Shown one piece after another: positions 27,192-38,195 of a DNA stretch of 64,000 bases (the first letter of the stretch is position 1; each line of letters opens with the position of its first letter). The stretch is from a virus (taxonomy: Duplodnaviria > Caudoviricetes), in IMG/VR virus record IMGVR_UViG_2925282926_000001, positions 1 through 64,000 of that record. One strand, written 5' to 3'. The notes under the pieces are model-generated. The model ran no database searches and was not told the DNA's origin. It was given only the letters and a program-made list of their open reading frames with translations. A program made the position numbers and the translations under genes.

Positions 27192-27829
27192 TAGATCGTC
27201 ACATCCTTTGTGACGATGTGACACCATATAACGTTACTCTCATTGACCCAGGCGGTTAAAGTATCTGTTCCTAACAAGATAGTATCAACAAACGGGATGT
27301 GAATTGTCTCATACGGGGCCAGTTTGTAATTTCTTATTAGTGTGTAATTGTCTGCGAAATAACCAATCCTCATATTCAAGCTGAGCGGTATGCTGTAACT
27401 GTTGCAAAACACCATTGATTTAATAATGCTAGGTTTTCCTTTTGTTGTTATGATTTCTCTTGGAGTGCCGTTTACACCCGATGAGGTAGCTATCAGATAC
27501 AATCCGTTCTGATCCATTGTTCCATCTAGCTCAACGCCAGTGATTCGAACAGCGCAAGTACCAGAAGAAACCCACGCTCTGAGTTGTGCGGTAGGTCTTA
27601 AAACTAAGTCGGCAATAGGAATTACCAAAGTTTCGTAGCCCTTCAGCGGTCTGCTACCTATAACCGGGGTTCCCTCAATTTGCATGTTTAAATTGATTGG
27701 CGTGTCCTGTAAATTGCAAACTATAACGGATTTTAAAACAACAACTTTGTTAATCGGCGCTGTATAGATAACTGTATTTGCTGTAGTAGAGAGATTGTTT
27801 CCGTATAACAAAACTGGAGTTTCAGCCAA
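27191..27829 (-). CDS. Hypothetical tail-associated protein with two internal repeats
   Basis: KSVIVCN..LKGYETL.IP and KSMVFCN..LAPYETI.IP. Confidence 0.6.
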   Translation of the reverse strand: MAETPVLLYGNNLSTTANTVIYTAPINKVVVLKSVIVCNLQDTPINLNMQIEGTPVIGSRPLKGYETLVIPIADLVLRPTAQLRAWVSSGTCAVRITGVELDGTMDQNGLYLIATSSGVNGTPREIITTKGKPSIIKSMVFCNSYSIPLSLNMRIGYFADNYTLIRNYKLAPYETIHIPFVDTILLGTDTLTAWVNESNVIWCHIVTKDVTI

Positions 27830-28840
27830 TTACAACGCCCCCCATACTCTTTTGTTTTGCGTCACCCATAGGGACCATGTTGTTCCGACTAGACTTCGAA
27901 CATAGGTTTCGGGTATAGCCGCTTGAAAAGTAGCTTTTTGAACTAAGTTAGTTGCACTCTGCGCCATGATTTCGACATGGTAAGGACCGAAACCAGCAGG
28001 ACCATTCACCGGGTTAAATACGTAATAATGACCTGTTTCTTTGGCTGAATTAAGATCATAACCACCAGACAAGGTTTTCACCATGCCGTTATCCTGTGTC
28101 AGCTTGAATTTTTGCCACGGTCGTTCGTTGACGTAAGTAGCGGTGTTCTCTCCAGCTAAGTTAAGGATTGTTGTTCTTCCGAATTCTTCCGCCGCTATAA
28201 TAGCCGCCTGCCTTGCGTCACTAACGGCCTTTGCTGTCGCCGCAAGTGATTGGCTAGTGCTGTCAATCGCATTAGATAGTTGTACCTTGCCCTTCTGTGT
28301 TAGTGATGCATCCGGTATAGTTGCGCTGGCAAATTTGCTATCCGTGTACGCTTTGGAGTCTGTGAGAACCTGGTTCATTTCTGTGATAGTCACGAATACA
28401 AGTGATTGGCTCACCGTAGAGCTTACATTTTGAGCAGTACCCACAAATACCATAGTGTCAAAAGTCTGTTCTAGGATTTCACTTCCGCCACCAACAGGGA
28501 TCACGGTACCAGTCACATCGTAGCCGTACCAGTAAAGTATTTCTCCCTCGTCTGGATCAAGAGCGTACAATCCAATTTCCCTCCAAGTGAACGCCGTGGT
28601 CACGTCTGCATTCGTGAAGTACATGCCGACATTGGCCCGTTGATCAGCAGGGACAACAAATACTCTCGTTACTGTGACTGTCTTTTTGGGACTGATAACA
28701 TTGGTTAGGTTGCCGATGGACTGGTTCCCGAGTACGCCATCACCCATGACGAATTTAGTGTATTTTAATTCCGCCCCGGCCTGAGCTTTGGCTTGGAGGT
28801 TACGCCCCTTGCTTGTTAAACCCTTTGCATCAAAAGCCAT
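27830..28840 (-). CDS. Tail fibre (collar N-terminus, fibre repeat, knob-like C-terminus)
   Basis: LTSKGRNLQAKAQAG, WREIGLYA.DPDEGEILY, ASLTQKGKVQLS..ATAKAV, DLNSAKETGHY. Confidence 0.85.
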   Translation of the reverse strand: MAFDAKGLTSKGRNLQAKAQAGAELKYTKFVMGDGVLGNQSIGNLTNVISPKKTVTVTRVFVVPADQRANVGMYFTNADVTTAFTWREIGLYALDPDEGEILYWYGYDVTGTVIPVGGGSEILEQTFDTMVFVGTAQNVSSTVSQSLVFVTITEMNQVLTDSKAYTDSKFASATIPDASLTQKGKVQLSNAIDSTSQSLAATAKAVSDARQAAIIAAEEFGRTTILNLAGENTATYVNERPWQKFKLTQDNGMVKTLSGGYDLNSAKETGHYYVFNPVNGPAGFGPYHVEIMAQSATNLVQKATFQAAIPETYVRSLVGTTWSLWVTQNKRVWGAL

Positions 28841-28844
28841 ACTT

Positions 28845-29408
28845 CTACCCCCTCATAACTACACGTTTACCCGTGTGTATGCCCGTACCGATGTACAGGT
28901 CTAAACGTTCAGTCTGTGACAAGCTGACTCGTTCCAACCAAGCTGAAAGCCTGGTCACTGATCGAATGGCCCGAACAAACTCTTGCGCCCGTTCTTCTGT
29001 TACATCTGAATTGTTGGTGATAACCTGGTAATACCCAGGTTCGCCTCCATACTCAAACCATTCCTGTACGTATCCATCCCCGAAAAGTATCTTGACCAGG
29101 TTCTCGATTGCAGCAGGCGTACCCTTCGATTGATTAGTCTCGAATGCTGTCTTGAGCAATTCAATTTTAACTTCAATGGGCAACGCATCGTCATAGTAAG
29201 CGAGCTTGTACTGCCAGGCTCTTTCATCTGCTTCAGCATCCGTAATATTACCGTTCTGGAGCCTCCGGAAGAAATTGATTTTATCGATCCGCTCATAAAG
29301 GTCAGCCAACTGCCCGTCAAGTGACCGGGCAGCAGCAACGATATTGCGGTCACCCTGCACATTAGGCGGAAGTAAATCGTATAGGCTGGTGTCCTTGAGC
29401 ATCTTCAC
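28845..29408 (-). CDS. Tail protein I (P2 gpI-like)
   Basis: KGTPAAIE, EWFEYGGEPG. Confidence 0.85.
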   Translation of the reverse strand: MKMLKDTSLYDLLPPNVQGDRNIVAAARSLDGQLADLYERIDKINFFRRLQNGNITDAEADERAWQYKLAYYDDALPIEVKIELLKTAFETNQSKGTPAAIENLVKILFGDGYVQEWFEYGGEPGYYQVITNNSDVTEERAQEFVRAIRSVTRLSAWLERVSLSQTERLDLYIGTGIHTGKRVVMRG

Positions 29409-30538
29409 TTGGACAGACCCCCGAACGTGATGATTGTATTTTCCGTTTCTCTCGCCACCTGCAAATCGGTGACCTCTGCATACAGCGGCAACAATCCAGT
29501 CTGTTCAACCCGATCAGCTCCGGCGTTGATCATACGCCGAACAAGCTCGGAAGGATTTATATCCCTCCCGAGCTTTGATTTCTGCCAAATAATATACTCG
29601 CCCACCGCTTGCTCCACTGCGGTCTGTATCGACAGCAGATTGGCAATGTTGTCCTCATGCACGTAATAGGTGACTGCAATATCGTACGCGACAATCTCCG
29701 GCCTTTGGACTGTAACCTTATCGGTCAGCGGCCTGCGGTTACGTGGGCTGAGTGCTGAAGTGACCGCATCCAATATCTCTTGAGTTGGGAGCTCGCCATT
29801 CTCCAGCAAAGGAATGATAGTGACTTCCATAGGGGCGGGAGTAACTGCGGCAACGTCAACAATTGCGGCGCTGGCTGTCTTGGCCCAATAGATGTATCCG
29901 TCTTCCGGTCCAGCGGTGGAATAAGAGTCATTTGATAACCGAATTCGTTCCCGGTACGGCTCGTCTTCCTCTTCATCTGCACCCGCTGCGCTCTCGGTCA
30001 GGTTGGATACTGATAAGACGAACGGAACGGGGTCAATCAGCGTGTTTATGACTCCCGGAAGGAATCCATTCCCGATGTCTCCAGCCTGCAAGCAACGAGC
30101 CGATACGGTGCCTATTAGCTGTCCGGCGGGTATTACAATTGTACTGTTGGTGGCGAAGTATATTTCACCCTCCGCACCCTCGGGGCTTACCCTGGTTCCT
30201 ACTGGAATGGCCTGAGCTGAAGCAAGCGGCGCTGTCAAAGTGAACTGTAATGTGGTTGTTGCGAATGCTGCAGCCAGGCGTGGGGTGTTTGCGAAGTCTC
30301 CCAGGTAATCAAGCATGGTTTTTCTCGCATGCCTGAGTAGCTGCGCTTTGGCTGTCTGATCGATCAGCACCCGCTGAAGCAAGATCATTTTAGCCAGGGC
30401 ATTCAGGACCAACATTTCCGGGTCTGCCCGGTTCAGTGTCCTACCTGTAGCCCCTTCGAATAATGTACGAACCTCGGATTGGATACTTAGTACGTCCTGT
30501 TCTGTAAATTCGATATCTGGCAAGTCTACCAAAGCCAT
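29405..30538 (-). CDS. Baseplate J/gp47-family protein
   Basis: GAD.E.DE.YRERI...STAGP..GY.YWA. Confidence 0.9.
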   Translation of the reverse strand: MALVDLPDIEFTEQDVLSIQSEVRTLFEGATGRTLNRADPEMLVLNALAKMILLQRVLIDQTAKAQLLRHARKTMLDYLGDFANTPRLAAAFATTTLQFTLTAPLASAQAIPVGTRVSPEGAEGEIYFATNSTIVIPAGQLIGTVSARCLQAGDIGNGFLPGVINTLIDPVPFVLSVSNLTESAAGADEEEDEPYRERIRLSNDSYSTAGPEDGYIYWAKTASAAIVDVAAVTPAPMEVTIIPLLENGELPTQEILDAVTSALSPRNRRPLTDKVTVQRPEIVAYDIAVTYYVHEDNIANLLSIQTAVEQAVGEYIIWQKSKLGRDINPSELVRRMINAGADRVEQTGLLPLYAEVTDLQVARETENTIITFGGLSK

Positions 30539-30862
30539 TTATTCAGCACCCCTTTCCCGGAACCGGACGTATGCAATCGCGCTTCCTGATTCGTTCGCAT
30601 CGTCAGACTCAATGTAATATACCTCTGTAACTTCTGCTTGCGGCTCAAATTGTTCCACCGCATCAATGATCCGACCCCGGAGCAGCAACCTAGCGCTCCC
30701 TTCCGGTTGGTCGAATATAGAACCATCGATACCCATTTCCCTGTCCAACACTGCCTCACCAGCCACAAGGGTAGCAATGATTCGCACCCTTTGTTTAAGG
30801 CTCTCAATGCCAGTCAGCCCGAATTTAGTTTCAGGCATGGTTGCCGGTACTGTAATTTCCAT
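30539..30862 (-). CDS. Baseplate gpW/gp25-like protein
   Basis: GEAVLDREMGID...AVEQFEP. Confidence 0.75.
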   Translation of the reverse strand: MEITVPATMPETKFGLTGIESLKQRVRIIATLVAGEAVLDREMGIDGSIFDQPEGSARLLLRGRIIDAVEQFEPQAEVTEVYYIESDDANESGSAIAYVRFRERGAE

Positions 30863-31275
30863 CAGGCGTATTCCTCCAAATCTATAGAGATTTCGCCGCG
30901 AAGAACATCGCCTTTGGGGTCTACGTGGGTCCAGGTCTGTGACAGACCTTTAATGACCCATTTGTTAACGCCTAGCTTCTTCCCGCCGATCTCAAGCGTC
31001 AGTGCTTTTCCATCCCGACTGTACCCCACGAGCTTATCCATTTCTTTGCGGGGATTCATGCCAAGGCTCACATCCAGCACGATGATGAAAGAAATCGCAT
31101 CAAGCCCCGGACCGAGGTATTGTTGGCGCGGTTTTTTGAGGTGTATATCTGAGGCTGTCCAGCGATCAGCCGTTACCCTGGTGAAATCCTTGAATGTCCT
31201 AACTTTTACCCGGTTGCGGCTCATAACGGATATGAACCCGATGTCTCCGAGACTACCAAGTCCAGGCGATGCCAT
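30862..31275 (-). CDS. Tail protein gpU-like
   Basis: KPRQQYLGPGLD.ISF, WVIK, I.LEEYA. Confidence 0.8.
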   Translation of the reverse strand: MASPGLGSLGDIGFISVMSRNRVKVRTFKDFTRVTADRWTASDIHLKKPRQQYLGPGLDAISFIIVLDVSLGMNPRKEMDKLVGYSRDGKALTLEIGGKKLGVNKWVIKGLSQTWTHVDPKGDVLRGEISIDLEEYA

Positions 31276-31287
31276 TGATACCCCCCC

Positions 31288-31815
31288 TTATATGTTCGTT
31301 CCAGACACCGTGCCTGTGACGCTCAGATTGCCGTCTATGCTCACATTGCCTTTAATGCTGGTTGTTCCCTCTAAAGCTACGGTTGTGGCCTTTAAAATTA
31401 CGTTTTCGGCCTCTGCTGTTACGCTTTTGGCCTTTACAAGTACACTTTCTGGGCTTTCAAGTTCCGCGCCCCCCATGGCCTTGACCATGAGTTTTCCGGC
31501 TTCCTGATCGTAATAGACGTAACTCCCATCTTCGAAATACGTCCCTTGCTGTCCCTCTTCACCAGGCAAGTCATCGTCCGGCAACACGCCAAGACAAACG
31601 CCAGTAGACTTCCCGTTTGGGAGGAATAGACAGACAACGGTGTCTCCCACTTGCGGAAAATTGTTCGTAACCCCGAACCCTCCGGGCCTAACGCATTCCA
31701 TCAATTCAGATACAGCATCTTCACGGTCGGCAAATGTGACGGTAACCATGTTGTTCTCTTGGTCAGAATAATCACACTCGCCAACCCTGATCATGTCTTC
31801 AGGTTTCATCCCCAT
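31288..31815 (-). CDS. Baseplate assembly/spike protein V
   Basis: PQVGDTVVCLFLPNG, FEDGSYVYYD, C-terminal beta-helix-like repeats. Confidence 0.85.
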   Translation of the reverse strand: MGMKPEDMIRVGECDYSDQENNMVTVTFADREDAVSELMECVRPGGFGVTNNFPQVGDTVVCLFLPNGKSTGVCLGVLPDDDLPGEEGQQGTYFEDGSYVYYDQEAGKLMVKAMGGAELESPESVLVKAKSVTAEAENVILKATTVALEGTTSIKGNVSIDGNLSVTGTVSGTNI

Positions 31816-32978
31816 GCTAACACCTTCCTAATCTTCACATCCGTTTGAAACGCTCCGCCGACAACCTTTTGGTCCACTGATAAAACCAGGTACTTGCCAT
31901 CGAACATCCCGTAACCCTTCACCCATACAGTAACGCCGGAAGCAAGCTGCGTGTTCCCGTCCAAACTGAACGAGGCAACACCAGCGCCTTTGTTTTTCTC
32001 GCGAAGCTTGTTCTTTGCGAGCCTTTGGGCTTCGGCTACAGAAGCAACTTCCTGATTGATCCTCAATACCGGACCATCAACTCCAGGGATTCTGTATGTC
32101 GCCGTTATCGGTACCTTTTTCTTGGCTTCCTTCTTCTTGTCCGCTGCTGCTGCGATGGAGAATGTTTTGGGTGTAGGTAAGTCAGGATCAAGAGGAATGT
32201 CCGGCTTGTCGGTCTTCCCCTTTTTCTTCTTGTCCGCTGCTTTCTTTTTCTTGGCTGAAGAAACAGGAGGCTTGTAAGTGACCACACAAGCACTGTAAGC
32301 CGTGTCGGAATCGGACATTGAAAAGCTCCAACTCAGGATATTAGACTTGCCATATTCAAGTTGCATGACTGGGGTTGTCTTCTCGAACTCTGCTTCATCA
32401 AAAAGAACCAGTGACCCGGTTGTTATCTTGATCGCCACACCTTCGTCTGAACAAAGCTTGGTCAGAAAGTCCAGGTCAGTTTGTTCGTTCTGGTCCAACC
32501 TGTCGTATGTCGGATTGATCTTGATGTTATAAGACAGCTTGAGTTTGCAACGATTGGCAATCTCCTGGGCTACAGAACGGAACTTAACCTTTTCCCACCC
32601 TTTCGTCCTAACCTGTCTGAGTGCAGCCGAACCGCCTTTAGGCAGTGCTGTAGCTGTCAGGGTGACCAGGTTAGGAGGGCCGGACAGGTCAATTGATTCC
32701 AATTCAAACGATCCGCATTTGATTTTCCCTTTGTCCTTCGCCTTTTCCCAATCTGTTGTATTGACCTCAGCCACAATCCTATCACCAAGAACAGGTTTCC
32801 AGGCTTTTATCCACTTACGTTCCCTGTCGTCCAGGTTGATAGTGATTTTGTCTTGTTCACCTGGGGCAGCATCATTGTAAGAAAATCCAGTTAAGAACGC
32901 CGCCAGTTGTTGCGTGACGTTCTTCCCGGCGTATTTAACAGCAACAGTTGCCCTTCGAGCATTTTGGATACTACTCAA
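31806..32978 (-). CDS. Late control D/baseplate hub protein
   Basis: QNEQTDLDFL.KLC..EG, G.FDGKYLV; start uncertain. Confidence 0.85.
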   Translation of the reverse strand: MSSIQNARRATVAVKYAGKNVTQQLAAFLTGFSYNDAAPGEQDKITINLDDRERKWIKAWKPVLGDRIVAEVNTTDWEKAKDKGKIKCGSFELESIDLSGPPNLVTLTATALPKGGSAALRQVRTKGWEKVKFRSVAQEIANRCKLKLSYNIKINPTYDRLDQNEQTDLDFLTKLCSDEGVAIKITTGSLVLFDEAEFEKTTPVMQLEYGKSNILSWSFSMSDSDTAYSACVVTYKPPVSSAKKKKAADKKKKGKTDKPDIPLDPDLPTPKTFSIAAAADKKKEAKKKVPITATYRIPGVDGPVLRINQEVASVAEAQRLAKNKLREKNKGAGVASFSLDGNTQLASGVTVWVKGYGMFDGKYLVLSVDQKVVGGAFQTDVKIRKVLAWG

Positions 32979-33189
32979 CGCCTTCCGCCTCCGTTCTCCA
33001 TGGTGGAAGGTCAGAAGCAACTTCCACCTCAAAATCAGGAACCTGAAGAACTATTCCAGCCGGGAAAATAACGTACTCAATGTAATCCGGGTTGGATTGC
33101 AGCAGTGCTGTTGTACCAGCGATGGAGCCAGTGAGCTTATACGCTATCTGGTCCCACATGTCGCCTTGAATAGTTGTGTATGTCGTCAT
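32971..33189 (-). CDS. Tail protein X
   Basis: YTTIQGDMWDQIAYK...LPPWR. Confidence 0.9.
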   Translation of the reverse strand: MTTYTTIQGDMWDQIAYKLTGSIAGTTALLQSNPDYIEYVIFPAGIVLQVPDFEVEVASDLPPWRTEAEGVE

Positions 33190-36100
33190 TGCGATAAGCT
33201 CACCCGCTTTCTATCTCTTTCATATTGGGCCATGTAGTTCTTGAACTCTTGGAATCCTGTGGCGTTAGCCTGAGACAAAGTATTCTTGTCTGCATTGCCA
33301 TGGATAACGATGTTCGGGGCGTATGTGACTTGCATTGGTTCAGAAGAACCGCCACCACCATAACCCATTTCTCTATTGGCAGAAGCCAAGAGAGCATGCG
33401 AACGAGGCTTGTTGTTCATCGGGATAACATACTCTGGATTTCCGCCCTCACCTATCTGAGCGATTTCAGGACCTGATACCCTTCCGCCTTTGGCGTATCC
33501 CTCAATCTCCGGTATCTTCGCCACGCTAACACCAAACGTACCTCCGCCGAGGAAATCAGGTATATCCAGGGAAATAGAGTTAATCCGGTCAATGGCTTTG
33601 TTGATCAACCGAATAACGGCGTTGATAGGTGTTGCCACCAAGCCCTTGAGCGTTCCCCAAATACCGCCGAACGTCTGGACGATACCTTCCCAAGCCGTGG
33701 ACCAATTGCCCGAGAACACGCCTGTTATGAACGTGATTATGCCGCCGAAAGTATCCCACAATCCATTCACAACGTTCATGATGGTCGCTATGGCTGTTGT
33801 TACCGAATATTTAATGAGAGGCCAAGCATAATTAAACGCCGCTACCAGGCTGTCAAGAACAGGCTTTATGGAATTCCATATCGCTGTAATTAATGGCCCT
33901 ATAAGGTTGACCACGTTCTGGATGTGCGGGACCATTCTTCCCCATGCAGCCAGAAATTGCGGTATTACAGACGTTCCAATGAATGTGAAGACCTGTCCGA
34001 TGATCGGACCAACCTTACCAGCGATATAAGTTACGATTGGGGTCAAAGCACCAACAACCTGTTTACCTAGGTTGACAACGACTTTAGCCATCGCTGCAAT
34101 CACTGGAGCCGCGAGCTTGACATTGTCACGGATAACATTGAACACGTTCATAAAGATCGTTTTCGCCTTTTCAAGAGCCGGAGCCGATGCCTTGACAAAG
34201 GATTGGACATCCTTCTTGATCTTGTCGAATCCCCCGCCTCCCCCGCCAAATAACTTCTTGAAATCGATGGCACCTATGAACTTCTTAACCTTCGGCATGA
34301 CATCACCGAACCAGCTCGAAAATGCAGACAAGGCAGGCAAGGCCAGTTCCGTGATCGGGATAATAACAGAGGTGCTTATCTGTCTACCGATCCCCTTGAA
34401 TGCATCTCCCATACTGCTGTACTTGATCTTGGCAATCTCATTCATCGTATCCTTGGTCTTATCAAACTGACCCCCGGCCTCACCCATGGCCTTGATCGCT
34501 GAATACTCCAGGTCTTCAAACTGCGTGCCAAATAGCGCAACACCTGCGGCGTTACGCTTAACTTTGTCATCCACTTTGGATAGGGCTTGGAAAATCTTCT
34601 GCGTCGCAAGCTTGGCGGCATCCCCGCCACCTGCGATGGCTTGTTCATACTGTACGGCATTGAGTCCCAGGGCTTCGTAACCTTCGTAACTTGTTTTAGA
34701 TTGGTCCTTAGTACGGATACCAAGTTCCTTGATCGCGTCCATTTCTGTTCACATGGTGTCGCTAATACCATGCCGCCGATCGGCAGCTGTATGTTTCCAT
34801 ACAGATCAGACTATATCTTCATCCAAGCAATAAAAAAAGAAGGCTTGGATGCCTCCCGTTTCGAGCCGCTTGGCCCTACGTCTTTCGACTAGTCGTTGAA
34901 GGTTCTGCCCTCGTTGTATTTAAATAAAAGATCATCCATCGTATCTTTGTCAGTCACATCTTCTCTGAAAAGTTTGTATCCCCTGGTATGACGATACTTG
35001 CCTGTTAAGGCATTATATAAGTTGGAATAACTGGTCTTGGAACCGACTCGAACATCAAACCAACTTTTCAAATCAAACCACGAGTCAAACTTATAAATTT
35101 CTCCGTTTGATACGTCCACAGCATAAGAAGAGACTGATTTTGCATTTGGATGGATACTGCCTTGTCTATGATCTTTTATTACAACTGGTTCAATGATTCC
35201 GTGTTTGAATTTATGTTCAATCTCAGTTAGGACTCGGTGATCTGTGACATCTTGGCGAAAAAACATATGACCTTTAAAAGTCTTTCGACCTTTTCCGCCT
35301 CGCATGACTGCAAGAACACCGCTACGGCTCAATTTTATACCTCTCTTTTCAAATGAATCTCTTAAATCAAAAAAAGAGTTGAATTTCTCAATTAAACCAG
35401 TCGAACACTCCAAGGAATAACATATTACAGCCTTTATAGATGGATTAGCGTTACCTTTTAAGCGTCCTCTATTTGAATTACCGATCTTCTCTTTTGTGTC
35501 TATTGACATCTTAGTTCCAAATAGAGGATGGTTTATTCCGCTAACAAGGTGTCCCTTTCCATACTTAGGATTAGATTCCCCAGACCAGCTTCCGCGCTTC
35601 TTGTGGGTGACGCTGATTTTCTTCCTCGTCTCCTTTGAGAAAACCGCCCCATTCATTCCTTCGCCCCCCAAAGTCGCGTTATATCCATGCGCATCCTTGT
35701 TATGAGCAAAGGTTTTCATTTTTCCAATGAAGTGTTTTTCTCTTTCAGCAGCTTCCGCGAGTGTTTCGACTTGTTCAATTAACTCGGTATAAAATTGGTC
35801 TTTCCCATATTTCCTTATAGCTCGGCAGAGATACCTTTCGCTTGATCCACGAGATTGTTTGATATGATCATTGAATCTCGACTCATATCCCTTTGACGTG
35901 TATCCTACATATCTTTTGCCGTTCACTTTATTTGTGATTACATATATATCATACACGGAATAAATCCCCCTCAGGCAGCTTCCCTGCTGATTGTCTTCCC
36001 TAAACCAATCATACCAAACTTAATTCCTTGATGGTATCTTTTGGATGGGTTAAGACTTCCCAGCATAAAGAGAGGTTTAACGTGAGCTATACGATAACCC

Positions 36101-37125
36101 ACCTTGTCGAGCTGGAATACCCCATCTTTAGCCCCTGCACCGAACATATCAAACATGTCCGTTGCATCATAGCCAAGCGTTTTAAAGTAAACTGAGTATT
36201 CGGAAATGCTATCTAAAAGCTCGCCGGAAGTGTTCAAACCCTGCTGTGTCCCCCGTGCCATGAGGTTAAATGCTTCGTGCTGCGATACTCCAAATTGCTT
36301 GGTCATTTGATCTGCTGCACGTATAGACTGCGTTACATCCTCACCGAACGTATCTCGGTAGGCGATAGCGTCCTTGGTGGCCTGCTGGAGTGCTGCACCG
36401 GACAAACCCGTGACTTGCTTTACCGTGGAGATGGATTGCGCCATGTCGTTCCAATTCTCGCCTAAACTTTGGCTGTACAAGTCTTTGGCGATATTCTTCA
36501 TTTCCTCCAACTCTTTGTTGGACATACCTGTTGCAACTTGCATTTGGTTCATCGCTTTTTGATATTGGTCAGATGCACTAGCGATAGCGAAAGCGCCAGC
36601 ACCTGCAGCAACTCCCGCCATTAATGACGGGTTGCCCAAAGCAACTATTCCTCCAGATCCACCATCATCACTGTTTTCATCGCCTCCACCACCGCCACCT
36701 CCAGGACCGCGGTTTTGGTTGATGCGCCTCATGCGTTCCTCAAGCTCTCTAATTTGACGAACATATCTTTCGATACCATCGTTAAATCTGTTATTAGGCT
36801 GACGGATACGGCTGATCGTTTCCATGGCACGTTGTATCTGGCGCAGCTCAGGCAAGACATGACCGATCTGTTGTTTCAGCTTGGTGAAATAATCGTTAGG
36901 ACCAGGAATGCGGTTGATCTGCCTCATGTCCTGTTCCAGCTTAGCGGTTTCTCGCTGGAGGTTCTGTAGGAGGGTCCCGCTTATGCGTGTTCCCTCGATA
37001 TCTTTTATCTGTCTCTCCAGCTTTTCAAAATCCCGTTCCACCTTGTTAAAGACCGTGTGAAACGTGGAGTCCATAGCCGCTGTCATGTCGAAATTAATCT
37101 TGTATTCCTTGCGACCTCCAGCCAC
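33186..37125 (-). CDS. Tape measure protein, two exons (37125-36097 and 34739-33186; 860 aa spliced)
   Basis: Spliced junction restores QLDKVG|DAIKELGIR; ALFGTQFEDL and W-periodic TMP repeats. Confidence 0.9.
34740..36096 (-). mobile_element. Group I self-splicing intron (1357 nt)
   Basis: Exon ends in U in a P1 U-G pair (GUGGGU|UAU..AUAGCUCAC); P AUGCUGGGAA, Q AAUCAGCAGG, R UCAACGACUA, S AAGAUAUAGUC; terminal omega-G. Confidence 0.92.
34889..35956 (-). CDS. Intron-encoded GIY-YIG homing endonuclease with NUMOD3-like repeats
   Basis: IYVITNKVNGKRYVG, RF..H, E..FI, GYN...GG, SKETRKKIS. Confidence 0.9.
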   Translation of the reverse strand: MYDIYVITNKVNGKRYVGYTSKGYESRFNDHIKQSRGSSERYLCRAIRKYGKDQFYTELIEQVETLAEAAEREKHFIGKMKTFAHNKDAHGYNATLGGEGMNGAVFSKETRKKISVTHKKRGSWSGESNPKYGKGHLVSGINHPLFGTKMSIDTKEKIGNSNRGRLKGNANPSIKAVICYSLECSTGLIEKFNSFFDLRDSFEKRGIKLSRSGVLAVMRGGKGRKTFKGHMFFRQDVTDHRVLTEIEHKFKHGIIEPVVIKDHRQGSIHPNAKSVSSYAVDVSNGEIYKFDSWFDLKSWFDVRVGSKTSYSNLYNALTGKYRHTRGYKLFREDVTDKDTMDDLLFKYNEGRTFND

Positions 37126-37645
37126 TATTTATCCCCTTCTTTCTTGTCCTCAGGGCTTATGTCATTTATGGCCTTTTGCCACTGCCAAAGTTCCAGGAGT
37201 GGGCAGGACATGAAGTATTCAAATCCGCCGTTGAGGTGGTGAGAACACGAGGCGACAATTTTAAAAGCGTTTCGCCTCGGCTCATCCCCTAACCCCGCGA
37301 GAGCAAAAAACCTTGCATCTGACCCCCGAGTTCAAGAGCATCAGGTCCGTTGAGGTTGAGCATAACGTCAGGAGTGATTCCAGCAGCGCGAGCCGCCACA
37401 ACCATCTGATAAGCGAAATTCGTTGCCTTGAGGATCATGGTCGCCACCTCTTGTGCAGGCAACACCTGGAGCAAGTCGCTTTCAGCAGCGATGAGGCCGC
37501 GCACATTCAGTTTGCTGTAATCAAGGTACAATTCATTGTGTACTGTGTCGCCATCCACCAAAGGTTCAGATAAGGGAAACTTAATCCCTGGTCGTTTCGC
37601 ATCTTCTACTGCCTGTTCAGGTTGTTTTTTATCCAAGTCGCTCAT
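37125..37645 (-). CDS. Tail assembly chaperone (E, stop at 37289) with -1 frameshift extension (E+E', stop at 37125)
   Basis: Slippery GTTTTTTG at 37311-37304; -1 frame open (..GGFEYFMSCPLLELWQWQKAI..) to a TAG overlapping the TMP GTG. Confidence 0.75.
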
Positions 37646-37660
37646 GTGTTTACCCTCCGA

Positions 37661-38179
37661 TTAATATCCTAAGATTTTTTTGATATCTGAATTCTGGTCC
37701 TCGCCATTGATCCGGAAGACGTAAGCGAGCTTGTCAACCTCCAGAACAGCAACGCCATCGATAAAGATTTTGATATACGTCATTTCCAATTCGGTCGTTC
37801 CGCCTGTCGACTCATTTTTAGCAAGCGAACCCAGGTTACTGTTTTTGCTGAGTCCACGGAATGTGATTTTGATACCTTCAGCAAGCACCGCACCGGATGT
37901 GTTATCCACGATCTGTTGAGCGGACCGGAATTCCAATGCAATTTGACCGGACTTCATCATGCTGAAAGCTTGCCGCACGATAACGTTCCAGTTGATGGTC
38001 AATGTCTGAGAAGCGAATTGACCAGGGGAAGGTACCTCGATAATACCCATAACCCCTGCGCCGCTGATCTCAGTTGTCAGTGTCTCAAAACCCGGAAGCT
38101 CGATATTTGCGGTTGCGAGACGGTCAGCCTTGCCTTCTTCGAAGACTGAGAAGTCGATTGTTTTCAAAGGAATTTCCAT
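37661..38179 (-). CDS. Major tail tube protein (P2 FII-like)
   Basis: ISGAGVMG, YIKIFIDG..VLEVDK...INGED. Confidence 0.9.
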   Translation of the reverse strand: MEIPLKTIDFSVFEEGKADRLATANIELPGFETLTTEISGAGVMGIIEVPSPGQFASQTLTINWNVIVRQAFSMMKSGQIALEFRSAQQIVDNTSGAVLAEGIKITFRGLSKNSNLGSLAKNESTGGTTELEMTYIKIFIDGVAVLEVDKLAYVFRINGEDQNSDIKKILGY

Positions 38180-38195
38180 ACTTCGTTAGCCTCCT

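Noticed and set aside
26661-28840. Diversity-generating retroelement or invertible tail-fibre cassette
   Set aside because: No reverse transcriptase, invertase or template/variable repeat pair seen.
30638-31507. 289-aa plus-strand ORF
   Set aside because: Antisense shadow of baseplate genes; the same applies to most plus-strand ORFs across 26-52 kb.
33186-37125. Two separate or pseudogenised tape measure genes
   Set aside because: Group I intron features give an exact in-frame join; the ATG at 34742 includes the intron omega-G.
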